Assembly (NCBI RefSeq): GCF_009914755.1 | Contig: NC_060932.1 | Strand: one strand, 5' to 3' | Length of the DNA stretch: 64,000 nt | DNA from: the human T2T-CHM13v2.0 reference genome, Homo sapiens | In this document: piece by piece, positions 13,242 through 26,820 of the stretch | Layout: each line of letters starts with the position of its first letter | How positions within the stretch are numbered: position 1 is the stretch's first letter | Position numbers and translations under genes: made by a program | Notes under the pieces: model-generated | What the model was told of the DNA's origin: nothing | What the model saw: the letters and a program-made list of their open reading frames with translations, nothing else | The model's database searches: none

Positions 13242-15075
13242 TAGGAGAGACAGAGAAGAAAAAAAGAAGAAATTGCACATTGTGTTTCTGATACATGATG
13301 CTGGGGGTTCCGTACATGAATAACAAATAAATGCATTCCAAATTATATTAAGATATGTGTTCTTGTCATGCATTTTTGCTTTCAATATAGATCTTCCATG
13401 CTGCAATGGTTCATTGCCAGCAGGCCACAGATATATTCCACATGACCAGAAAGGAATAGATTGTGATGGAATGCGAGTGGGTAAAGATAGTAACTCTATG
13501 TATCTGCAATATGTTCAAGCTTTAAAGTCCAATATCCTTTTTGATTTTTAATCTGCATCTTAGATATCTTTATCATATTAATACAAACTCCACGCAGATA
13601 CATAAGGCAGAAAGCAAGGAGTTCCACAGACACATTAAGCCCAAGCTTAATGTGGAAGCCCAAACTGGTGGAAGATGACAAGAAAACAATTCTAAAGCGG
13701 GATGGTTATTATTATTAGATTTTTCCTTTAAGATATTGATACCTTTTCTTTTTCTCTATGCAAGACTTTAGCAGGCTAATCAACCAAGATCTGAGTTCTC
13801 AAAAAACCAATGTTTAGTAACAACAGTGCATAAGGTTAAGAAAAGAGAAGTAGTCATGGGAGATGTCTCAACTGCTTAAACAATTGAACTCCTTGCCTTC
13901 TCTTTTGAATTGATGTCTCTCATTAATTGTATTAAAAGAACATCATCACAGTATGAAGAAGGAGGAATGAAAAGAAGGGAAATACAGACACAGAAACCAA
14001 ATCATGATTAAGGCTTCCCCAAAGGAGTGTATCATCCTACAGGGAATTATTTCATTTTCTCTGGTCTTTCAAGAAAAAAAAACAACAACTTTATTTTCCA
14101 ACACCTTCCTGAGAACTTTAAGAACAAGCCTATAAGCATTTGTAAAAATGGCAAGAGTAGACATTGTGGGGTGGATGCTAGCAGTGATGTTTCCAGAACA
14201 GTGGTCACCAAGGGTGAGTATTTCGCTCCCCCTCTTTCTACGTAGTCAGTCAGTCAGTCACAGAACTTAAAATCTCTTCCCAACCACTAGAGTGCCAACC
14301 AGTATCACACAACATTTGTGTTGACTCTCAACTTTTTCTTAGCAGTGGATCCTTATGCCCTGGTGCTTCTGCACAAGTCCACTATCCACTAAACCTGGAA
14401 CAGAGCTGGCTACAGGAGACATGAACTCTCTCCCATAATTCAGGGCTTCCTTGAATTTTCAAATATTGCAGACTTTAAGAAGTCTCTTGCCAAATGGCAA
14501 TACATTTAGTTTATATTTGCTGTTTTCCTAAATTAAGATATCACCTTTTTTCTTAATGTGTCTATGGAATGAACTCTGCTTAGGAAGTGACATTTGCCTA
14601 AAAGTTTTTTAAAAATCCAAATACATCAGAAGAAATAATAAACTGAAAGGCAGTTTTTTGCCTATTTAGTCAACAAACTGTTTCAGAAAACACCATCTCC
14701 TCGTTACAATAAACACAGAAATCATGGCATAGTTTTTACTCTTTAACTCCAAGTATTGCTCAGCTTATAACAGATGTATTATGAAACATGGCAAGAAGCA
14801 CTGCAACAAGAAGAGGGTGAAAAAATTTGGTACTTGATCATTTGATATATTCAGACCCAAAACTATCAAACAGGGTTCCCACCACCAGATTGATCCCCAC
14901 CCAATCCCCACACCCAAAGATTTCAAAGACAAATGTTTAAAACATACAATAGAACAGGCACTAGAAGAAGGAAGAAAAAAGAAAATCTTTACAATTATAA
15001 TTTATTGGAAAAAATAGATTGATTTTTCTGGTATGTAAGTAAATTGCAAAATCAAAATATTTGTCTGTTCCTTAC

Positions 15076-15163
15076 CTTGACAATATTCAAAGTTCCCTTT
15101 TTTCCGGCAGTCACCTATTACTAAACTCAGTGCTCTCCAAGTGTTTCTTTTGACAGATATCAT
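15076..15163 (-). CDS. RUNX1T1: RUNX1T1 exon 1b coding part, MTG8b N-terminus MISVKRNTWRALSLVIGDCRKKGNFEYCQ plus G
   Basis: 88 nt = 29 codons + 1; translation matches the canonical RUNX1T1 N-terminus; donor CAAG|GTAAG at 15075-15071; in-frame TAG 7 codons upstream of the ATG. Confidence 0.97.
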
Positions 15164-15248
15164 TCTCCACCAATCGCTCTGCTAATTTCCTCTCTCCTTT
15201 TCTGACTGGGACAGAGATTATGTTCACCAGCCCAGAGATCAATCTTTT
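15164..15248 (-). other. RUNX1T1: RUNX1T1 exon 1b 5' UTR portion (85 nt; the exon is internal, with an acceptor)
   Basis: Acceptor ttttttccctttgttgttgtcaatag|AAAAGATTG with AG at 15250-15249; an alternative AG lies 5 nt downstream. Confidence 0.8.
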
Positions 15249-18200
15249 CTATTGACAACAACAAAGGGAAAAAAAATGCATATATCACAACCAGTCTGAA
15301 GTATCATACCCATCTGTTTACATGATAACACTAGGCCAGTTTTGTTATGTTTTGTTTAAAAAAAAAACAGATACAAGCTCTTCTAAATTTTAGAAGAATC
15401 CAAAACAATCCCCATTGTCTCAGTTCCTATCATGATGTTTTCTAAAGGACTCTTAATTTTCCAATCATCTGACTCAAAGCTGGATACATTCTCACCCTGA
15501 AAGCTCTTCTTTTCTTAAATTGGTTTTAAAGATATGCACATCAATACCCTAAGAGAATGTTACATTTTACCTGTTTCAAAAAAATAAATAATCTGTCAGA
15601 TATTATGTTTTCTTTAGAAAACAATTTAGACATTATTATTTATGGAATTTTACACACAAGTTAATCCTGTTTCAAAACAAAGTGGTTTGTTTCATTATTC
15701 AAATTTTGTTGCGCTGTTCTGAAATTTCAGTATTGCCATTATTAGCACACATAGTTTAAAACAACAGTGAAGAATAATCCTTATGTAATAGAATAGTTAA
15801 AAAATATTAATGAAACAAATATTGTTGAATTATTTTACCAAATCAACAAACTTCTACACCTTTTCTTCCTTTTAATAATATAAATTTTCTCATTTTTCCT
15901 GCTATATTTGACAAACTTAGAATTTGTTCATTCACAATATTTATTGTCTATTCCTCACCTACTATGATTAAAAATGAGACCACTACTATCACTACTATGA
16001 ATAGAAAAAGTATTGCTATGTAATTCTTACAAACTAGGAAATATAAGGGTCCAGCACAATCATACACATATAAGGTAGGAACTCAACAAATGCAAGGGAA
16101 GAAAGATTTCTAAAAGCAGTCTCAAAAGGAATTACTAAGGCTGTAGCTATTATTTTTTGAGACCAAATTACTTCCTAGAAATTAAAATCGGTGAACATAT
16201 TCTGATGTAAATAAAACAAGCAGGTTCTATTTTTTAAAAAATCAATGTAGTTTATGTGCCACATTATGATTCTTTTGTGATGCAATCAGTTGTTTCTTGC
16301 TCTTTAAGGTTTAAAAATTAAATAAGTACTGATTAATTAAAATACATTACTAGATATTTCTTAGTTGGGAATTGCCTTGCAGTAAGCAAAGATCATTAAA
16401 GACAATCAGCTGGATCTTGGAAACATTTAGCTTACTATAAATACTAACAATTTTATTAACAAATGATAAAGCAAAAAATTTCAATGCTATAACCAAGATA
16501 CATAAATATATGTACACGTATAGGTTGTGTAAGTACTCAAATAGTGGAGTGGGGGAGGGTGCACACAGCGGGGAAGACTGAAAGTAAATACATCTAGATG
16601 TTAAATATGATTATTTCTGGAAGATGGCAATGTGAGTAACTTTTCTGCACAATTCTGTTATTTCCAATGTTTCTGTACAAAGGTAAAAAACATTTTATAT
16701 AGGCTAAACAAATATTGGGAAAAAAGAAAATGTATACTCTTCTTAGATTCAATCATAATATATATTTTGTGCTTCAGCAACCATCAACAAAGGCCATCAG
16801 AGAGCCTGACAAAAGTGGATCATGCCCCTATATGAGCCATAGTTAATAATCTCTACTGAGCAAACGAACCAGGCAAAGCATATACAAATCCTCTAGAGTC
16901 TAAGTCTATATCTTCCTTCTCATGACTGCTAAATATCAGACCAATGTCTGGGTTTAACAAAAATGGGGTACTTAATCTTGGTTTTGAGGCACATAAAATT
17001 ACCATGTGATAAACTTTAAGACAAATTTCTCAATTAAAAATGATCTCTCAATTTGGAATATACTGCTTTACTTTTTAACTTCACTTGTATCTATTTTAAT
17101 CAGAGTTTTTTGAAGTGAATGAAGAAAATTGGCAGGAACATGGTGATAACAAAGTATTTTAAATGTGCATATTTATAAATTCTTAAATGTTAACATAGTG
17201 TACAAATACAGTTTCAAACAATATACAATGTAAATCTAAAGTCACCCATGAGGATTTTCACCACTTAACTATTTTATATATGAAACAATATATCACAATC
17301 AAAAGGGTAACTAAAAAAAAAAAAAGAGCTAATCTTTGGATTTTTCAAAACAATGACTGGAGTGTCACATTTGTGCTTCATATCTCCAACACATTAAATG
17401 CCCTTCCAATATGAAATAATAATAAAATAAGTAATGGTAATAAGCACGATGTTCAGGTATTTCTGAGACCTATTCCACACTGAAGTCTGTCACATGGAAG
17501 TGATAATAAAATCTCTCTATCTTTAATAATTGCTTTGTTCAGATCTGGATGCTCAGCCCTCAAATTTGTAAAACCTCATTACGAGGGGAACATACTGAGA
17601 AAAGTTTAAAAGCTAAGCTCCACCAAGAGCAGAATGCCTCAAACAATTTGTAGTTCTACAAGTGTTATTTAAAAGGCTCAACATGTTGTATTACCATGGA
17701 AATTGTGGAAAACATACATTCCCAAACAAATATTACTTTTTCTCAATGGTATGAAGTAATGAAAACCACATGTGCAAATCTGCGATCCGTGCAGTAGTTC
17801 AAGCTGCAACTAATAGAAAATACAGAAAGTGAACTCTGCTATATAAAGGATTCTTGTTACAGAAATATAATGTGAAAACCAGATGCAGACAGAAAACCTT
17901 AATCACAGATGGGAATGTAATCATTGGCATACAGAATACTTTTTTGATCAATCTTAACCATATGCGCAATGTATTTATTTTCTAAGGAATGCAATAACTT
18001 GAGAGAACCTTCTATTTGAATTCAGTTAACCTCATATGGCCTTGGCAAATCATTCTTGTATCAGTTTATCTTTCAAAAATTTAATAGGATGTAAAGACTA
18101 CACACATCAGAATCAACCTCAAAAGAGATCAAGTGCAGTTCCCCATTACTGTATTTCTCAATCACTGCCAGGAATCCTTTCACTGCCTAAACACATTTCT

Positions 18201-18799
18201 CTAGAGAATTCTATCAACATTTGGGGCACTTTTTCCTTTAGTAAATGATACATGGTTATTCCAAAAATGAGCATTTAAACACACCTCTTTTTATCTATCA
18301 ACCTGGGTTGAATCAAACCTTAACTCTAACTCTTTTCTTTTCCTTCATAGAAACATTTTATATCATAAAAGCTATTATTTTACATGAACAAATGTACACT
18401 TAGTTTTTGTTTCCAAGGGGAATCACCATAAAAGGAACCTGTTATAGCATATCTGACTTAGGAAATATTACCTTGGTAAGTACAGTTTCTGGCACTGGAC
18501 TGTAGCTTACCTTTGTCAAAGCTTCACCATTTCTTTGTAAGCAATTGTGTGTCCCTCTAATTTGAAGGAGTAGTGAACAGAGCACCATCTATGCCTCACT
18601 TCAGGACTATACTCAACTTCCAACAGGAAGTAACTGAGACACTGTGTGATTTGGGTGCCCCTCATCGCAGGTCATGTGAACTAAATGTCATTATCCTAGT
18701 TTCACAAGCTTCCTTAAGCTTCCATGCATACACTCATCCAGATTCTCCTTCTCTCTTCTAACTACTCATCTCCTACATTCACACACAGAAACACACAGT

Positions 18800-19325
18800 C
18801 CTTATTCTTGCCTAATCTCACATACAAGACCCTCCATCACTTGGCACTCATCTACAGTTTTCAGCCTCCACTCCAACCACGCCCTTCCAGAGTGCAGCTC
18901 TTCTCTGGCTGGATAAACTCCCTGATGGAACACTTCCTCTCATGCTGGTGGCTTCGTTCACTGACTTCACGGCCCTTCCCATAGACTGCTGCACGGCCAG
19001 TTCTTCCTCAACCCTCAGGCTTTAGTTCAAGAGTCACCACCTGACAGATGATTTCCCCAACCATTTGAAATAAAGTCTCACTACCATGTCCCCCCACCCT
19101 CTGCATCATTCTAACATTGTTTCTTAATTGTCTTAATTATATTTAGCACTACATGAAATAATCTTAGTAACTTCTTTTTTATCTTTCTCCCTCCCCCACC
19201 CAAACTGCAAGCTCTGTGAAAGCTAGGGTCTCATCTGGGGGGTGCTCATTACTCTACCCTCCACATTTGGAACTGGACTAGGAACCTAGTTGTAGCCCCA
19301 AATGAAAAGAAAAACAAATGAATCC
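18800..19325. mobile_element. L2 fragment(s)
   Basis: Degenerate L2 3' motifs (catacaagaccctccatcacttggc...ctgcaagctctgtgaaagctaggg...). Confidence 0.55.
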
Positions 19326-19769
19326 CACTCAATGAAATGCCACAAAAGCCCAATTCAATCCCCATGACTTTGGCAAACCTTTCCGTGGCTACTTCTGTGA
19401 CCTGTGATCTTTTTCTCTTCTTTATACTATAGTACTTTGGGTCTACATCAGGCTCTGCAACCTTTTACCTGCCAGGTACTGTTCACAGAAGCCCATTCCC
19501 ACTGGTGCTGTATAGAGATAGGGCAGCATGGAAATCACCCACGACATCCACGGCTATGAAGCCAGCCCTTTGTCCCACACTGAGCAGCAGGACACTGTGA
19601 CTGGGAACTGCAGCAGAGTCCATACAACCTTTAAGGCATAAGTGCACTCTAGCAGCTTTTTATGCATTGGATTATCTCACAATTGAGCATGTCAGCTGTT
19701 GTAGAAATGAGATCCAATCTTAATTTCTTACACCTTTGGACCCTACATTGATGCACTCTATTCATTCCA

Positions 19770-19880
19770 TTGGCAGGGCTGCAAGAGCATGGCCATGTTT
19801 ATTCAACAATGCCCATACCCAGTGCCTAGCACAGTGCCTGGCACACAAAAGGTGTTCACTAAATACTGACTGAGTAAACA
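19770..19880. mobile_element. L2 3' end fragment
   Basis: cccagtgcctagcacagtgcctggcacacaaaaggtgttcactaaatactgactga. Confidence 0.7.
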
Positions 19881-20179
19881 GGGAATAACTGATAATGGAA
19901 TATGATCTGGTCTTTCTTCAAGCCCCTTTCTCTTGTGATAAGGCATTATTTCAAAATCCTACAAATATTTTTAAGTAACAAATTAATCAGAAGGTAGGCA
20001 ACCAACTAAGTATCAACAACGCAATATGACCAGTGAGTTAACAAACCAGGCAATTTTAAATGGTAGGAAGCTCTTAAATATCTTCTCTGTTGCAGATATA
20101 ATTTAATTTTCAAAAAATAAAGTGTTATAAATGACTGTGGCCTACACACGCGGGCCATTTAGAAGCCCACTGTATACGC

Positions 20180-20370
20180 ACTCTGGCTGGATTGGAATCT
20201 CAGTTCTTACACTTACTCATCAGCTATTTGACCTTGGACAAGTCACTTAACCTCTCTAAGCTTCAGATTTAAATCTCCAAAGTAAGATAATAACACCTAA
20301 CTTATCAGGATGATATGAGGAGATAATACTTGTAAAGCGCCTACCTTAGTGCTCCCAGTGCAAGTATTAT
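20180..20370 (+). mobile_element. MIR
   Basis: Core tgaccttggacaagtcacttaacctctctaagcttcag...gataataacacct. Confidence 0.8.
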
Positions 20371-20994
20371 TTCATCCAGTGTGCTCAGTTCTTATCATTT
20401 GATACTAGAAAAGAGGTAGTACCTATTTTAATATAATTAAATATGAAATAAATGAAAGCAAAGGTCACTACTCAAAAATATCAGTACAATCATAATCTTT
20501 TTCTTTCTGAAAGTAATTACTGCACTATTAGTGATAAAAACAAAATACCTAGGATCAGTCAACAAAACCAAAATATGTGGAATTAAGCTGCAGGCTCTAA
20601 AACATTTTGGTGTGATGAAAAAAAAAACATAAACTGATGTTTGGTAGTTTTTTTTTTTTTTTTTAAATCTAATTTCATCTGGGAAAGACTCTCTCTAGGG
20701 AATAAGAGGAGACAGAACCAGAATCATTTACAAAGACTGTTTTCTCCAAATAAAGGCATCTGTTCCATGCCAGCAATTTCCACCTGGAAAAAAAAAAATG
20801 GAACTTTGGAAATATCTGCATTCGTGGTTGATGGTCACACATCTCAAGAGGCTATAACAACTGTCCAGTTGCCAGCATGGCCTGGTTGCTGCTGCTCCTA
20901 TCAACTGATCTCTCTCTCTCTTTTTCCCCCTTTCCTCTCTTCCTCCCTCCCTTTGTCTCTTGTCTCTCAGAAACTTGGAAAGTTGTGGTATTTT

Positions 20995-21295
<301 letters not shown>

Positions 21296-22323
21296 TAAGT
21301 TGTGGTATTTTTGTACTGTAAACAGTAACTTTTCTAAGTGCAGTGAAAGGTTTTGATAGTTTTCCATTTGTACTTTAGTATCATTCCCTGCTGTAATTAG
21401 TGTGGCTGACCCTGTTCATGTAGAAAATTCCTACGTGGTAGGGTTTGAAGAATTCCAGGAGAGTAGTAAGCTCTGGAATAGTGAAGTCTTGAAGAAAATC
21501 TAGGTTCAGACCTTGCCCCGTCATGTGCACAGGGTCATCTTGGGTAAGAGAGTAGATCTCTAAGAGTGACTTACAAAATTAGCTCACTCACAAGTCGATA
21601 TTAAGACAATATGAAAACATCATTCCATCAAGTCCTCCCTTGAGGCCCCACACACAGCTGTCTAAAATTGTCCAGTCACTTGCATTAAGAAACTGAAGGC
21701 TGCACTGCCGAAACTGTCTCTTTCAATAAAAAGGTTTCCTGAAGAAAAAACAGTGAGACTCTTTACCATTTCCGCATTGTGAGCCACGGCATCTCAGGCT
21801 GAGATGGACCTACCTCACTGTTCAGTACCATCTGTGGTTCTGAAGCTGATTCATCAGGCAGTAGAGCAGCTGGAATCCCACACAATGTCAGACAAAAGAC
21901 CAGACTGGATGGGAAGGAATGTCGGGGGAAGGGTCCTGGAGGAAGAGTACTCAGACTGGGGATCTGTCCAGAAAGCAGATATGGGTATCCAGAGGAAGAG
22001 AGGAGGGAGAGAAGGAGGAGGGAGAGAAGGAAGAGGGAGACCGTGGCAACTAAGGGACAACTGGAGGGAATCTGGTAGGGAAAATCTGGAAGCCACTACA
22101 ATGGTTTTCAGCCTTGTTCGGACCCTTGATCAAAGAAATTGTTCGATCTCATAAAAATGTCCATATACATAAAATTTTGCTTATAATTTCAAGAAGCTTA
22201 TCCTTTATTAAAGCCCATTTATGAACTTCAGGGTAAGAAAATAAAATAAAAAGTTACAGTGTGCATCTATGAAGATCCAAGTGGCTTGACCACTTCGCAG
22301 TTTGCCTAAAGATGGGGTATTTT

Positions 22324-23376
<1,053 letters not shown>

Positions 23377-24119
23377 AAAGATGGGGTGTTTTGTTTGGAG
23401 TAGGAGGTGGGGGTGGGGGTGGATTTTGCTTTTGTTTTATTGTATGTTTTTTAGTTGCCAAAACTTATAAGCCAAAATATAACAGCAATAAATTGTGCAT
23501 TCTTTGACAAGAGAACGCAATGAAAGCGACCAAGGTGGAAAGAGGTTGAGAAAAAAAACAACATGCTGTTGGAACCAAAGATTTCACTTTAGTCTCAGCA
23601 GTGAAATATTTCAGGACAGTTTCAAGTAAATCACTTGAGTTCAAGGCATGAGCTCTCAATAATTATTTAACAAAGCATTAGAAAGTACCCCAACTGTTCC
23701 AGACTCCCACTTTTGAAGGTCTTACAAACCAGCAGAGAAGTCTGAATTGCACGGATGATAGCAGAGTTGGATGTAATAAATTCTATCTTTGGGGAGGAAG
23801 GGTCATGAAAGTGTCACCAGAGGCTTAGGAGAGGACAAAGTGAGCCAAGCTTGGCTTCCCTGCAGAAAGAGCTTAGGTGTCCAAACGTGAAGCAACCCAG
23901 GGTTTTAGAGAAGGCTGAGAGAGAGAGGTCCAGGAAAGGCCTGGCAAAGCAGGGTGTCATTTGTCTTCAACATCCTCATATCCCCCAGTGTCCATCAGGG
24001 CCAGATCGTCTATTAAGCATTTGCTGAATGAAGAAGCAGCCAAAGAGAGACTACTGGGGTTTAGAGAAGGAAGTGATGAACAGTTCCATAGCCATCAAGT
24101 CAGATGCCAAGAAAAAGCA

Positions 24120-24300
24120 ACCCTTTACTGAAGGTTGTGCTTCACACATATCACGTCATCCTCATGACCACCCTATGAGGCCATGCCATTATTATCCAGA
24201 TGAAAATTATTTCTAGATGAAAAGGGTAGCTAAAGGAGATAAATGGTAAAGCACTTGGGAGTTAGGTCTCTTCATCACTATACTCGACTGCCTTCTGGCA
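24120..24300 (-). mobile_element. MIR fragment
   Basis: atcctcatgaccaccctatgagg...attattatccagatgaaa. Confidence 0.55.
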
Positions 24301-25879
24301 GGGAAGAGCAGCATCACTTCCCTCTGGAAGGGCAGAGGCCCAGACCAGTCAACCTGGGCGACACAGGCAAAAGATTTGTAAAATGACTCAGAGTACCAAA
24401 GGACATACAGCAAAAAGGCTCCTTCCACCACTACTTCCTGGCCCTGCTTTCTTCCCTAACAGCAAGCACTATTGTCAGATTCTTGTATATACTTGCACAA
24501 GTAGAATTCTATGCATTTTTTTGTACAAACACAGCATTCTACAGACATTCTTCTGCTCCTTGCTTTGCTCATTTAATGATATATCTCAGGAACGATTCTG
24601 TATCAACACACATAAATGTTTCATTCTTTAAAAAAGATTGATTTCTTTATGCTTAATAATTAGTTCTTATCAAGCATAATTCACTACAGAGGGAGAAGTC
24701 TTAAAAAATCCAATTCTGACAGATTTTAGAACAAAACCACAAACTCCAAATATGGTTAAAGTTCAAAAAATAAAAAGAATTGCCAGCATGTTTTTAAATT
24801 AAGTGTTATCAGACAAAACAAGATAAAGACCTTGAAATAATATTATCTTAATGAACCATATCCTAAAAGTCCTCACCCAGGTAGATTTTTTTGTTGTTTC
24901 TTCCAATAACTAAAATCTCTCACATAGGGGTCAACTAAGAGTGAGCAATAAGGATTGACGGCTCTTTAACATGTTAAAGAAATTCCTTTACTTTTCCAAA
25001 ACAACTCCTCCATTTAAAAAAAGTATGGCTCAGCACATCATAGTATTTAGTTTACTATCTGTTAATTGTAAAATGGATAGACATTTCTATTAAACTCAGT
25101 AGATTTTAATGCATTTTTTGTTCTTTTCATTTAGAGTAGATTTGAAAAATATCATCACATGAAAAAGTATTTGGTCTACAGACAGTGCTTGGGGTACTGA
25201 ACAAATGAATCTAGATTCAAAAGCACCTTTAAATAACCAAGCTCCCTCTTCCTCCAAGAGCACTGAGCCCAAGTCTGAGGCCTGCTGGTTTACAAGCACT
25301 GCTTTCATCAGCTACTCCTTAACTCCATATGCTGTCATCTCTACCTTCTCTCCTTCTTACCATGTTAGAATTCAAAGAAGTTTTATAAATTATTTTACAA
25401 ACAAAGTCCAATGTTTGAAATTTATAAAGCAGGCTGCACTGGTCAAATGAGAAGTTAAGGGTCCCAGAACCCAGCCCACCTGACCACTTTGCATTCTCCT
25501 GCACGGCCTGAGGGCACCTGCAAAAGAGAAACTCAAAGAAGAGTTTGAAATCTGTGGAAAGAGGCAAAACACATGAGGGAGCCAAGTCCTACAGTGGTAA
25601 ATAACAGATCTTTTATGTAACAACCGCATTTTAAGGAACACCCACCACTTGACAGCCCTGTCACCATCTCCGAAAGGCAGCTGGGACCACCAGAAGCCCT
25701 GGGACCGAGGTCTGCAAATGGATTCTGAAGCTCTTCTCTAGAAGCTGTGATTCTATGAGTCTGGGGTAGGGTAACAAAGCTGCCTCTAAACAAACACCTG
25801 AAGTGATTCCCAGCTTCTGGCAAGTTAAGAGCACTTGATAGTAAATCCAGGTTGGTATTAATAACTTCCCCCTCTCTAA

Positions 25880-26820
25880 ATCCACTGCTCTATCCAAGTG
25901 CTAATTATTTTTCCTTTGCAATACCTCCTGCCCCTGCCTCTTCCTTCTCATCCCACAAACCCAACGCTGGTCATCCTTCTGCAATATCTAAAACCTAAAC
26001 TGCAGCAACAAGCTTCTCGCCTGGCCTTGGCCTCCAGTCCATCTGGCCCCTCACATTAGGACCAACTCTTTGCAAACATAACTGTTATTGGATGCAGGGT
26101 TTCCTTTTGCCTAGCTCAATTTTTATTTTAACCTTGGTTTTATAAAGATCTATTTTATCACAGACTCCTCTGTTCAAAAGACGCCCAGCTAGAAAATCAA
26201 ATATATAAAGCAATTTATTATAAAAGCAGAGCTATTCTGCTTTTATGGTGGTTAGGGGATGGAAGACCCTGTGCCCAATCTGGGTACCCTCCATCCCACC
26301 TCCCAACCCTGAGGCACTCCACAGGACACAGCTGAAAAATGTCTGGTGAATTCAGAAGTTGAAGCTTAAATCAAAATGCTTGATATTCAAGACATTTATG
26401 ATCTTTCTGCTCTCATTTCCCACTCAACACCCAAGGGCCCTTTTTGCTGCAGCCACAGTATTAATTTATTCTCTCTCCACCCCTACTCCACCCCAATACT
26501 CCTCCAAAGGTCTTTTCCACATCTAGGCTTCTGCATTCCCTATTCCTATTGTATAACCTACCACAATCCTATTACAATAACTTTGCCTTGATGAATCCTA
26601 CCTGTCTCAAGACAAGCTTAAATTCCAATTCACACCTGCCTCTAAAATCTCACTTGCTGCACCATTTAATTGGTAACTGATCAAGCTCCACGATCTATGT
26701 AGCTATTTAATTTGTCCTGAGTTTATCATTCAGTGGGAACTGAGCCGACTACCTGCTTGTGTCTACATCTAGCACACAGCTTTACACATAGAAAACATTT
26801 ACTAAATATTTATCCATGTA
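25880..26820. mobile_element. L2 fragments (discontinuous)
   Basis: Degenerate L2-like segments ending tctagcacacagctttacacatagaaaacatttactaaatattt. Confidence 0.45.

Noticed and set aside
20783-20805. Strong-looking minus-strand acceptor (T11-ccag|G)
   Set aside because: No good donor found within exon distance and no recursive-splice GTRAG motif
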